DNA of 64,000 nt from assembly GCA_002269645.1 (NCBI GenBank), contig NIVC01002936.1:46133-110132 (forward strand), in the 5' to 3' direction. The DNA comes from Macrostomum lignano (Eukaryota). The translations under genes were made by a program, and so were the position numbers. Positions 1 through 12,069 of this stretch are shown here, piece after piece. The first letter of the stretch is position 1; each line of letters opens with the position of its first letter. The notes under the pieces are model-generated. The model saw nothing but the letters and a program-made list of their open reading frames with translations, made no database searches and was not told the origin of the DNA.

Positions 1-1042
1 AAGCGACTCGGCTGCTTCATGGACCAGTCAAGTCTGCGGGACCTACCGTATGCGCGCTACTTTGGCAACGACAACACGCCAGGCTCCTGTGTGGCCCGTT
101 GCAAGTCTAAAGGCTACCCGTTTGCAGCTGTTGTCAATGGCGATGATTGCAGTTGTGGCCATTCGTTTGGGCGCTACGGCAGGGCACAGGATGTTGAGTG
201 CGAGGCATACCGGTGTACCGGTGATTCCAAACAGTTTTGCGGTGGATATTGGAGGAACGACGTGTATTTGACGGGATTAAGTGGTAAAGTCGCATATAAC
301 TCTGCCTATAGGCTTGAAGCACAAGTGTGAATGCATAGTGTGCTATTGCTAATGAATAAATTTCGCTTAATTTTCCAATACTTGCAGTGCTTAGACAGCT
401 GGGCTGCTACAAAGACACCGGAGACAATCGGGATCTGCCAGTTTTAGGAGAGCGAAAGAACAACTCGCCAGAAAATTGTGTAAAAGAGTGCTAAGACAGA
501 GGATACCTGTATGCTGGTGTGCAAGCAAAGTACTGGTGTCTTTGTGGCAATAGATATGGAACTCACGGCAAAGTGGATAGCTCCGAGTGTAATCAAATGT
601 GCACTGGAGACAGCAGGAAGACCTGCGGCTCTGATTGGCGAAACGAGATATTCGCCACGGGGCTGGACAGTAAGGCTTTTTATTTATTTGTTGACAGCAC
701 GCAATAAATTAACATGACATTAATGTGTAATGACGGCAAATACCTGACATTTTACAGCCCCGGGATACGTGGGCTGTTTCATGGACAGGGGCAGCCCTCA
801 CCGGGATCTTCTACATTTAAAAAAAAGTTATGGCATCACGCCAAGAAAATGTGCATTGTACTGCAAATCCAAGAACTACCGGTATGCCGGTGTGCAAGCA
901 GGGAATGAGTGCCACTGCGGCAATTCATTTGGTCAACACGGCAAAGTGCCTGACGTTGAATGCAACTATCGTTGCATCGGGGACAATCGGCAGAATTGCG
1001 GGTCCGGCTGGAGGAACCAAATTTACTCAACTGATGAGTACT
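1..1042 (+). CDS. WSC-domain repeat protein, three exons (<1-283, 388-669, 758-1042), partial; in-frame TAA at 492-494
   Basis: Each exon encodes one WSC module (LGCFxD...C...C...Y.YAGV....C.CG....C...C.GD....CG..WRN). Donors GTAAAG 284, GTAAGG 670, GTAAGT 1043; acceptors TTGCAG 387, TTACAG 757; all phase 1. Exon 2 reads ...NCVKEC*DRGYLYAGVQ. Confidence 0.85.
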
Positions 1043-1811
1043 GTAAGTATAATTTTGCTATCTGATAATATCGTTTCTACCCGCCTTTGCAAAGCTTTCA
1101 TAAATTGTCCCAAACTAGCGCAACATACACAACGAAAGAGCAACGTCAGACATGTACACTCTGTATCCTGGATTAAAACTCATTTTTATCGAGTGATGAT
1201 GCAGCGGAAAATAAAACTTTACCATTTCAGAAACCTGAAGAAAACGGACTGAATTAACTGAAACCGTGATAAACTGATATATACGATGCTTTATGACGAC
1301 ATTTGAATCAGCCTGCTGGCCTAAATAGATCAATCAAATAAATCCGCATCAAAAAACGCATTGTTCGAATTCTTTTTTGGTTACCTTGGCAACTAACTGA
1401 ATGCGTTTACTTTTGAACTAGGAGCAACAGAACTTGACAGATCACCATTTTCACTATTGACAATCTTCATTTCAATAGTGACAATAAGCATTCAATTTTC
1501 ACAATGAGCGATAATTAATCACTATAAATCGCTTTTTGTCTTTTTGTGGAAGAAGCTGAACGTTTTCACTAAAATTTTTTACATTGTACATTCATTATAC
1601 ATTTAGGATGCTTAATGTGTATGCAATGGAAATAGATTTTCCTACACAGACTGCGCTTTGTTGTACACAGATCCAGACCAAAGACAAACTCCAATAGTTA
1701 TGTGAAGTCAGCAACTCGCGGGCGAGGGAGGCACGACACGGGTGAGGGAGACGAACCAGGGCGGAACAGGCCAAACACCAGACAAAAAGGGAAGAGGCGA
1801 GGGGGAAGCAG

Positions 1812-3110
1812 TCAGTAAAACAGAAAGTTAGACTTGGGCGGCAGCCGCCAAAGCTCCCACAACACGCCGAGAGCCACCCGAGAGCGCAGATAGCGCAGAA
1901 CATCGAGCTGCTTCACGTCGTCAACCGAGAGGCCCGCCTCGAATGCATCGCAGGCGCCACCATGTCGCATCGAGTGACCGGAGAACTGACAGGATGGCAC
2001 CCCTGCGGCGTCAAGGGAGCGGCGAAGCATTCGGTTGAAACCCGCAGCTGACATGGCACGCCGACCGCGGCTACAGTGGAAGCTGAACAGTGGCCAGTCG
2101 GGTGTCTTGGTCGGGCAGATGCCGTTGCTCGACAGGTGTTTAGCGAGTGCCTCCACCGGACGGAGCGGATGTCCTCTGGCCAGTCTTGGTAGCTGGACAT
2201 ACTGGTCCTGTTGCCCCAGCTGATTGGTTTTGGACACCCGGATGCGAAGCCGGGCTCCGTCGGTGTCCCGCAGATCACTTGCGCGGGCCAGTGAGCGCAG
2301 TGAGAACAGGTTGGCGTATCTGAGCAGGCCGAAGAAGCGCACAGCCATGGATTCCCTGTCTATGGCCATAAGACTACTGATTCAGTGTCAGGACTCTGTA
2401 GTAGAATTTAACAGCTAATATAAATCCTAAGAGAGTTTCGGCCATAGACTGTCACCTAATGAAAACGGTACCTAGGCCACAGCAGGGCAGCCCAGAAGCA
2501 GCGCTGCGCTGGGCTAAGTGGCTGACAGGCTTGGTAAATGCGCAATAGGACCTCTTGCCACTGTATTGCCGCTCGCTGGCGTCTGGCACCTCGCACTGCC
2601 AGTTGTACGATAGCGCAGGTGGTCAAGTCTGGCCGGTTCGCCAGTCGATGAGGCCAGCTGATGACGGCCAGGGCGTGCTGTACTGCCGAGTTTGCAGAAG
2701 TTTGCAGAAGCCCTCCCAGCGTGAGAAGGCGTGTCGGTATGCGTCGCGCGTTCTTGGAGCCCATGCGGCGCGGAGCAGAGAGCGGAGTGGCCCGGTGACG
2801 CGGTGAGGCGGCAGAGACTGGCAGCATGACAAGCAAATTCGGCGGCGGAGAAATTCTTCGTTGACCTGCTGACAGCCGGAGGACAGCCGGTTGATGAGGC
2901 CCGCGGCGGTGCTGCTGTCGGTGTACACGGATGACGCAGCATGCGCCCTCGAGACATGAGTCGGACTCGATGACAATTCGCCGGGAGAACTGCGGCCAGC
3001 TGGGCGCACTGAAGAGAGTGGCATCAGCTTGTCTCCACCAGCTCAAGGGTGCTGGGCCCCAAAAGAACCCCGTGGAGGCTTGTGCGCGTCGGAAGCTGTC
3101 GTCGAATCGA
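1812..3110 (-). mobile_element. Degenerate tyrosine-recombinase retrotransposon (DIRS/Ngaro-like): RNase H remnant plus YR
   Basis: RNase H-like LSWW...IVIESDSCLEG and YTDSSTAAGLINR; YR N-terminus AWAPRTRDAYRHAFSRWEGFC; catalytic boxes FFGLLR, SKTNQ, HSMRHGGA, VLRY. Frameshifts and an insertion at about 2346-2477 disrupt it. Confidence 0.85.
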
Positions 3111-3164
3111 ATCACGAGACGGTTTGATCCGTTAGTTGTCCCGATTTGGGAAGATACTCGAGGA

Positions 3165-4100
3165 TCAGTGAATCTTTGCGCACAGATCCAGACCATCGAC
3201 AAATCCGATGGTTATGTGAAGTCAGTGAATCTTTGCGCACAGATCCAGACCCTAGACAAATCCGATGGTTATGTGAAGTCAGTGAATCATTGCGCACAGA
3301 TCCAGACCCTAGACAAATCCGATGGTTATGTGAAGTCAGTGAATCGTTGCGCACAGATCCAGGCCATAGACAAATCCGATGGTTATGTGAAGTCAGTGAA
3401 TCATTGCGCACAGATCCAGGCCATAGACAAATCCGATGGTTATGTGAAGTCAGTGAATCATTGCGCACAGATCCAGACCCTAGACAAATCCGATGGTTAT
3501 GTGAAGTCAGTGAATCGTTGCGCACAGATCCAGACCCTAGACAAATCCGATGGTTATGTGAAGTCAGTGAATCATAGCGCACAGATCCAGACCCTAGACA
3601 AATCCGATGGTTATGTGAAGTCAGTGAATCATTGCGCACAGATCCAGACCATAGACAAATCCGATGGTTATGTGAAGTCAGTGAATCATTGCGCACAGAT
3701 CCAGACCCTAGACAAATCCGATGGTTATGTGAAGTCAGTGAGTCATTGCGCACAGATCCAGACCATAGACAAATCCGATGGTTATGTGAAGTCAGTGAAT
3801 CATTGCGCACATATCCAGGCCATAGACAAATCCGATGGTTATGTGAAGTCAGTGAATCTTTGCGCACAGATCCAGACCCTAGACAAATCCGATGGTTATG
3901 TGAAGTCAGTGAATCATTGCGCACAGATCCAGACCCTAGACAAATCCGATGGTTATGTGAAGTCAGTGAATCATTGCGCACAGATCCAGACCCTAGACAA
4001 ATCCGATGGTTATGTGAAGTCCGTGAATCATTGCGCACAGATCCAGACCATAGACAAATCCGATGGTTATGTGAAGTCAGTGAATAATTGCGCACAGATC
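3165..4100. repeat. 57-bp tandem array, about 16 copies
   Basis: Unit GTGAATCATTGCGCACAGATCCAGACCCTAGACAAATCCGATGGTTATGTGAAGTCA; explains the 19-aa periodic ORFs. Confidence 0.97.
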
Positions 4101-4737
4101 ATGCTCTTACTGATCTGTTTACTTTGCAAAATGAGTAGAGTTTACCGTGTATGTATGTCTCATAAAATAGCTTCTGTATTCTTCACTGCTACTGAACTGT
4201 AAGTAGTAAAGATGCCTGAGTGGCAAATCTAGTTACGAGAGTATTTTTGGCTTTCGGCTTTCGGGGCCAACAACTTGCTGCTGTATTGTGTGCTCACAGC
4301 TCACACTTAATTTTATTGATTAACAATCTAAGTAGTTTAGTAAAGGAGTTTTTTACGCTCGGGAAAGCGAGTTTATGCACAGACAGTTATTAATAATTCC
4401 CCGGAGAAGGAATTTGCTTCCGTCTTAGCTGTGATCCTCGTTTTTTACGGTGCCTGTCAGCTGACATTTCGTAATCTTGCTGTTGCGTCTCTCGGGTAAA
4501 GAAGTTATATACATGCGAAAGCAAGGGGGTCGAGTTGAAAAAATTGGTTTGAGTTCTGCCCCGCCCTCGAGGTCAACCAACCAATCAATCAATCAATTAT
4601 CGACGAAATTAGCGATCTATCGGTGTCCTAAACGCGTGTGCAGGTGTGCGACGTGCACCCCGATTTTATAGATTAGCGTGTGCCGTCTTGTAAGTGTATT
4701 TGATCGCAGTGGAATGCTTGAGAGATCAATGCACATT

Positions 4738-5180
4738 TGCAGATTGCTGAGGGGAATTCAGTGCACATTTGCTGATTGATGAGGGGACTTCAGTGTACAT
4801 TTGCTGATTGATGAGGGGACTTCAGTGTACATTTGCTGATTGCTGAGGGGACTTCAGTGTACATTTGCTGATTGATGAGGGGACTTCAGTGTACATTTGC
4901 TGATTGATGAGGGGACTTCAGTGTACATTTGCTGATTGCTGAGGGGACTTCAGTGTACATTTGCTGATTGATGAGGGGACTTCAGTGTACATTTGCTGAT
5001 TGATGAGGGGACTTCAGTGTACATTTGCTGATTGATGAGGGGACTTCAGTGTACATTTGCTGATTGCTGAGGGGACTTCAGTGTACATTTGCTGATTGCT
5101 GAGGGGAATTAAGTGTACATTTGCTGATTGGTGAGGGGACTTCAGTGTACATTTGCTGATTGCAGAGGGGAATTCAATGT
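4738..5180. repeat. 32-bp minisatellite
   Basis: Unit TTGCTGATTGATGAGGGGACTTCAGTGTACAT, about 14 copies. Confidence 0.95.
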
Positions 5181-5529
5181 CTGTCAATTGCGCAAATTCT
5201 ATTAGCAAACTATAAAAAATATGCATACAAACCAACTAATTAGTTATGCTAATTAGCTAATTAAATTATGCCAGTGCAGCAGCAGGGCAGGACACCCTCT
5301 CGGACACCTAATCACTGGGCGATAGAAACTGTTTCTCACATTGACAGTTTTATTGTGTCTGGATAATGATTGTGTTTATTGTGAAGAGGCTGCCTCACTA
5401 ACTCAGAACAGCTCTATGTTAAACAATGTTCTTCGTACAGCGTTTCTCTAATTATGAGCATCAATAAGCCCTGCATTATGTGCACTTTCTGGATAATAAG
5501 CAGGGTTCCCATTGATAACTGGATAGTGA

Positions 5530-5965
5530 TAGACAGAGTGCTCACCAATGACTAGAGAGTGATAGATAGAGTGCTCAATAATGAATAAGAGAGTGAGCGA
5601 CAGAGTGCTCAATAATGAATAAGAGAGTGAGCGACAGAGTGCTCAATAATGAATAAGAGAGTGAGCGACAGAGTGCTCAATAATGAATAAGAGAGTGAGC
5701 GACAGAGTGCTCAATAATGAATAAGAGAGTGAGCGACAGAGTGCTCAATAATGAATAAGAGAGTGAGCGACAGAGTGCTCAATAATGAATAAGAGAGTGA
5801 TAGACAGAGTGCTCAATAATGAATAAGAGAGTGATAGACAGAGTGCTCAATAATGCATAAGAGAGTGAGCGACAGAGTGCTCAATAATGAATAAGAGAGT
5901 GAGCGACAGAGTGCTCAATAATGAATAAGAGAGTGAGAGACAGAGTGCTCAACAATGAGTAAGCA
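5530..5965. repeat. 34-bp minisatellite
   Basis: Unit GACAGAGTGCTCAATAATGAATAAGAGAGTGAGC. Confidence 0.95.
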
Positions 5966-6160
5966 GAGAATCCCATGACTCAGGCAGGATTAGCACAGCG
6001 GATATTCATTGGTCCCCCAAATACTGCAGTCAGCAGCCAGCCAATGGGTGGCACAAAAAACCGCCCCGCAGTAACAAAGCGACTTCATATTTGAGAAGTT
6101 GTCACTTGCCACACATGTTGTGAAAAGTGGCACTGAAGACAGCTATAACAAAATAAAAAC

Positions 6161-7159
6161 ATGAAAATCCCTGTTCCAAACTCCAATAACAACTTCTATC
6201 TTCTGCTCCTGCTTCTAGTGGCAGAAGATCTGCCTCAGCTGGTCAACTGTGAACAGCAGCAGCCCCTAGCAACGGTTCCAAGAAGCTGGTGCCAGGATGT
6301 GCCGCCGCTGATGAAGCAGGCCAACATCACCGAGGAGAGGTTCGTGGCTCAACTATTCAAAGGCTACCAGAAGCAGCACCGGCCGCCCAACTGTCTGGAT
6401 GGCAACCAGAGAAGCTCCACTTCGCCAACCATTGTCAGCGTGAACATCTACGTGAACAGCATCAGCTCCATCAGTGTGGTCGATATGGACTACTCGGTTG
6501 ACGTGTTCCTCCGACAGAGGTGGACAGACTCCAGGCTGAGGTTCCGCGGTCAGTCCGGCGTTCTGTCGCTTAACTACATGAAAGAGCGACTCTGGATTCC
6601 CGACCTGTTCTTCAGGAACTCCAAGGAGGGCAAACTGCACACGGTGACCACCCAAATCATCTGATCTGGGTCTACCCAGACAATGGAAGCGTGCTATTCA
6701 GCCAGAAGCTTTCGGTGAAACTCGACTGTCCCATGACATTGTGGAATTTCCCAATGGACAGTCAGGTCTGCCGGGTGGAGATGGGCAGCTATGGCTACTC
6801 GTTGGAGGAGCTGGACTTTGTCTGGATAGGCGATAGACAGGTTGAGCTCAACAGCAAGCTGCAGATTAACGAGTTCCAGTTCCCCAGCCTGAGGTATGGC
6901 GCTTGTCTCAAGGCCTACAACAGCACAGGCAGATTTGCCTGCGTCTATCTGGAATTCCATCTGGTTAGAAAGTTTGGATTTTACCTGATCTACACCTACC
7001 TGCCCTCTATTCTGGTTGTGCTGCTGTCCTGGATCTCATTCTGGATTGACTATCAAGCTGTGCCGGCCAGGATCACTTTGGGCCTGCTGTCAATCCTGGC
7101 GCTCATCACCCAGGCCGCTGCCACGCTGCAGAAACTGCCCAGGGTGTCCTACGTTAAAG
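6161..7159 (+). CDS. Cys-loop ligand-gated anion channel (GluCl/glycine-receptor-like), exon 1; 1-nt frameshift at CCC 6651-6653
   Basis: Signal peptide; FLRQRWTDSRL; LWIPDLFFRNSK; Cys-loop CPMTLWNFPMDSQVC; second Cys pair in loop C; TM1 YLIYTYLPSILVVLLSWISFWI; PAR motif at TM2. One added C restores TTPNHLIWVYPD. Donor G|GTTGGC at 7160. Confidence 0.92.
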
Positions 7160-7189
7160 GTTGGCGGATTGGGTGCTTGGATGAAAGAA

Positions 7190-8030
7190 TAGAGGGAGAG
7201 TGGGGTGAGAAAGGGAGAGTGGGGTGAGAGAGGGAGAGTGGGTGAGAGAGGGAGAGTAAGGAGAGAGATGGAGAGTGGAGGAAAGAGTGAGAGTTGAGTG
7301 TGGGAGGGAGAGTGGGGTAAGAGAGGGAGAGTAGGGTGAGAGAGGGAGAGTGGGGTGAGAGAGGGAGAGTAGGGTGAGAGAGGGAGAGTAGGATAAGAGA
7401 GGGAGAGTAGGGAGAGAGAGGGAGAGTGGAGGAAAGAGGGAGAGTTGAGTGTGAGAGGGAGAGTGGGTGAGAGAGGGAGAGTAGGGTGAGAGAGGGAGAG
7501 TGGGGTGAGAGAGGGAGAGTAGGGTGAGAGAGGGAGAGTAGGATAAGAGAGGGAGAGTAGGGAGAGAGAGGGAGAGTGGAGGAAAGAGGGAGAGTTGAGT
7601 GTGAGAGGGAGAGTGGGTGAGAGAGGGAGAGTAGGGTGAGAGAGGGAGAGTGGGGTGAGAGAGGGAGAGTAGGGTGAGAGAGGGAGAGTAGGATAAGAGA
7701 GGGAGAGTAGGGAGAGAGAGGGAGAGTGGAGGAAAGAGGGAGAGTTGAGTGTGAGAGGGAGAGTGGGTGAGAGAGGGAGAGTAGGGTGAGAGAGGGAGAG
7801 TGGGGTGAGAGAGGGAGAGTAGGGTGAGAGAGGGAGAGTAGGATAAGAGAGGGAGAGTAGGGAGAGAGAGGGAGAGTGGAGGAAAGAGGGAGAGTTGAGT
7901 GTGAGAGAGAGAGTGGGTGAGAGAGGGAGAGTAGGGTGAGAGAGGGAGAGTAGGGTGTGAGAGGGAGAGTAGGGTGAGAGGGGGAGAGTAAAGTGAGGAA
8001 GCTGGAGTGTAGGAGATGTACAAAGGAAAA
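7190..8030. repeat. Intronic GA-rich array with a 150-bp higher-order period built of about 19-bp monomers
   Basis: Identical blocks recur at 7411, 7561, 7711 and 7861. Confidence 0.9.
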
Positions 8031-8994
8031 GAGTGACAGTAGGAGTTCACAGGCGGGACAGAGTGACAGAGGGGTGAAGTTCCGCCCAGTCCACACTGTC
8101 ACGAGCAGAGGGCGTGGTGAGATACACGAACAGTAATATCATTTTTTCTACGATCAAACGATGCTTTAGATCAAAGGGTTATAAATTAGAAGAACTGTCG
8201 CGACAATTATGCTTCGACAAACGTTTTTACGATGACTTCCCACTAATTATTTGACCACACTCACAGAAAACAGAAGGCAGATGACTACCCGGACGCGACT
8301 CTAAAAGTGCTAAGTCTTAAGCGAAGTGAGCGAATCCAGTAAGCTACCAATAAACAACTCAATAAACAACATGGAAAGCCACTATAATAAACAATTTAAT
8401 AAACCTTCAATAAACAACCCGTAAAGCAACCAACAAACAGTACAGCACCATAAACCATCACTAAACAACCCCTTAAAAGATCTTTTGCAGACAAAACCTT
8501 TCTTTATCTTGAAATTCAAAGTTGTTGAAATTTTGCTACAATATAGCTGCCGTAAAAGTTTAAACTTGACTGCAGACTACTTTCAGCAGCCTCTAACACA
8601 ATCAGTCCGTCTGTACACATGCTATAACTGGGTCTCGAAAGGAAACACGCTCCCATGGATTCCTCTTAACTATGAGCAGCCACGGCATACGATCTATAGT
8701 CGGTAACTTCTGTCTGTCATACTCAAGATACTCAGACAGGATATTGCAGTCAAGAGGTTTGGGAGAATTTGGCGATATATTATCGTACAGTTGTCGTGTA
8801 TTGATAGCATACTGATTATATGATTTTGAGCTGTATTCTATCGGAGTTAACGTTAGCAATGTAAGAAATAGTAGAAATTATGTTAGTAATGCACTTAGGC
8901 TAGCAAAAGTAGGTTACAGTAGGTTACAATAAAGAAAATTAGGTAATTAAAACTGAGACTTTGTTGAAAAATTAGTAGAAGATAGGTAAAGAGG

Positions 8995-10490
8995 AAAGGG
9001 TGAGAGGGAGAATGAAACGAGAGAGGGAGAGTGACATGAGAGAGGGAGAGTGACATGAGAGAGGAGAGTGACATGAGAGAGGGAGAGTGACATGCGAAAG
9101 GGAGAGTGACATGAGAGAGGAAGAGTGACATGAGAGAGGGAGAGTGACATGAGAGAGGGAGAGTGACATGAGAGAGGGAGAGTGACATGAGAGAGGGAGA
9201 GTGACATGAGAGAGGGAGAGTGACATGAGAAAGGGAGAGTGACATGAGAAAGGGAGAGTGACATGAGAGAGGGAGAGTGACATGAGAGAGGGAGAGTGAC
9301 ATGAGAAAGGGAGAGTGACATGAGAGAGGAGAGTGACATGAGAGAGGGAGAGTGACATGAGAAAGGGAGAGTGACATGAGAGAGGAGAGTGACATGAGAG
9401 AGGGAGAGTGACATGAGAGAGGGAGAGTGACATGAGAAAGGGAGAGTGACATGAGAGAGGGAGAGTGACATGAGAAAGGGAGAGTGACATGAGAGAGGGA
9501 GAGTGACATGAGAGAGGGAGAGTGACATGAGAGAGGGAGAGTGACATGAGAGAGGAGAGTGACATGAGAGAGGGAGAGTGACATGCTAAAGGGAGAGTGA
9601 CATGAGAGAGGGAGAGTGACATGAGAAAGGGAGAGTGACATGAGAAAGGGAGAGTGACATGAGAAAGGGAGAGTGACATGAGAGAGGGAGAGTGACATGA
9701 GAGAGGGAGAGTGACATGAGAAAGGGAGAGTGACATGAGAGAGGAGAGTGACATGAGAGAGGGAGAGTGACATGAGAAAGGGAGAGTGACATGAGAGAGG
9801 GAGAGTGATATGAGAAAGGGAGAGTGACATGAGAGGGAGAGTGACATGAGAAAGGGAGAGTGACATGAGAAAGGGAGAGTGACATGAGAGAGGGAGAGTG
9901 ACATGAGAAAGGGAGAGTGACATGAGAAATGGAGAGTGACATGAGAGAGGAGAGTGACATGAGAGAGGGAGAGTGACATGAGAGAGGGAGAGTGACATGA
10001 GAGAGGGAGAGTGACATGAGAAAGGGAGAGTGACATGAGAGAGGGAGAGTGACATGAGAAAGGGAGAGTGACATGAGAAAGGGAGAGTGACATGAGAGAG
10101 GAGAGTGACATGAGAGAGGGAGAGTGACATGAGAGAGGGAGAGTGACATGAGAGAGGGAGAGTGACATGAGAGAGGGAGAGTGACACGAGAGAGGGAGAG
10201 TGACATGAGAAAGGGAGAGTGACATGAAAGAGGAGAGTGACATGAGAGAGGGAGAGTGACATGAGAGAGGGAGAGTGACATGAGAAAGGGAGAGTGACAT
10301 GAGAGAGGGAGAGTGACATGAGAAAGTGAGAGTGACATGAGAGAGGGAGAGTGACACGAGAGAGGGAGAGTGACATGAGAAAGGGAGAGTGACATGAGAA
10401 AGGGAAAGTGACATGAGAAAGGGAGAGTGACATGAGAAAGGGAAAGTGACATGAGAAAGGGAGAGTGACATGAGAAAGGGAGAGTGACAG
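8995..10490. repeat. Intronic about 19-bp minisatellite
   Basis: Unit GTGACATGAGAGAGGGAGA. Confidence 0.97.
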
Positions 10491-11087
10491 CAGGTGAACA
10501 AAGCAAAGGAATAGAAAGTTGGGGAAAGCTCAAGATGCATGCAGAGCATCTTTAATCACTGTAGGCTCAAGGTAGATTAAAAATCTAAACAAAAATCGAT
10601 TCTGCTGATAATTCCAAATTTAAGAAGATAAGCACACAAACGCAGGATTGGTTGATCCAGCTAGCTCACCAAAACCCCAGCTCCCAATAAGCAAACAAAG
10701 CCTACTTCAATCTGCTGAGGATGAGCCAAGTAGCCCTTGAGCAGTCCTATTCACATTAGTTTCTACTCAAATCTTTTTTTGAGAAAATCTACCACTTCAG
10801 GCAAGTAGTGCAAAGGGTTAATGCATTCAGCATCCTCTCGGGTCTACTCAGCAAGGCTGATCAAATTTACTTAGCGTCCATACCCGGGTAAATCTAAAGT
10901 TCATTAGGAGAGAAAGTTTATGAAAGTAACTAGTATTACACTCCTAATTAAAAAGCTTTTATCAGCGCAAAAAATCATGAAGGGATTTTGTAGCTAAAAA
11001 ATATATCTAAATTTTGCTACCAGCGAGTGTAAGTCAATTAAAATATACTTGTGCCAAAAAGGGCAGCTATCACTAACTGACAGGGTA

Positions 11088-11272
11088 AGAGAATCGGAGT
11101 GGGGTGGGTGTCGGTTAGAGTGAGGGGCAGAGAATCGGAGTGGGGTGGGTGTCGGTTAGAGTGAGGGGCAGAGAATCGGAGTGGGGTGGGTGTTGATTAG
11201 AGTGAGGGGCAGAGAATCGGAGTGGGTTGGGTGTTGATTAGAGTGAGGGGCAGAGAATCGGAGTGGGGTAGG
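11088..11272. repeat. 41-bp G-rich minisatellite just upstream of the splice acceptor
   Basis: Unit AGAGAATCGGAGTGGGGTGGGTGTCGGTTAGAGTGAGGGGC, about 4.5 copies. Confidence 0.9.
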
Positions 11273-11318
11273 TGTCATTTCAAGCCCCTAACCCCAAAGC
11301 TCCCTCACTCTTTCCCAG

Positions 11319-12010
11319 CCATAGACGTATGGCTGTTCGCCTGCCTGGCATTCGTGGTGCTGTCCCTGCTGGAGTTCTCGCTGGTTAACGTGCTCGCCAG
11401 GCGCCAATCGAAGCACCGTGACGCCGAGTGGCGCTGCGAACTACGACGTGCCCTACGCCAGGAGCTCCTGGCGTTCACTGGCGGCGGCGGCGGCGGCGGT
11501 ACGAACGAAGGCTTTGCCTCTGATCCGCCTGCCAATGGCGGCGGCAATTTCGAAAGTGAGGAAATTGCCATTGACAGCTGCGTTGGCGGTGGTGGAGGTG
11601 GCGACGTCGGCGACACTCCAGACAGCCCTCTGCTGGCCATGATGATGATGTCGATGCGGCATCGACGTTACCGCGGCTCCGACGATGACTCAAGCGGTGG
11701 AGGCGTCGGCGGCAACGTGCCCCGGGCGGCCGTGTCTACTGCGGCCACAGTGGGTTCGGCGGCTCCGGCGGCCGGTGCTTTCAGAGGTGGGCAGCAACAC
11801 CAGGAGCAGCGGAGGCAGCGGCACAGGAGGCAGAAGCAGCAGACCGCTTCGCAGCAGCCAGCTTTCGGATTGAAACCGCAGCACGTGGATTGGTTTTCAA
11901 TCTTCTTATTTCCGTTCAGCTTCCTGCTGTTCAATGCCATCTACTGGCTGTACTTTCTAGTGCTGAGCTCACACCAGAATGAGGGCGGCTTTCACGATCC
12001 ACCAATCTAG
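11319..12010 (+). CDS. Cys-loop anion channel exon 2 (TM3, intracellular loop, TM4); spliced protein about 563 aa
   Basis: Acceptor TTTCCCAG|CC at 11318; phase-1 join gives VSYVK-AIDVWLFACLAFVVLSLLEF; TM4 VDWFSIFLFPFSFLLFNAIYW; stop TAG. Confidence 0.93.
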
Positions 12011-12069
12011 GGTGTTAGAGGGACAGATAATGAGAGGGATGGAGTGGGTTGGGTGCCGCGCTTGTGGGC

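Noticed and set aside
1812-2369. Prophage or bacterial integrase
   Set aside because: The adjacent RNase H remnant and DIRS-type N-terminal motif indicate a eukaryotic YR retroelement.
2931-4202. 423-aa ORF with 19-aa repeats; possible CRISPR-like array
   Set aside because: Pure head-to-tail 57-bp repeats with no unique spacers, no cas genes, eukaryotic context; the ORF is a by-product of a unit length divisible by 3.
7149-10549. Long Ser/Leu/His/Pro-rich ORFs
   Set aside because: Translations of GA-rich intronic minisatellites.
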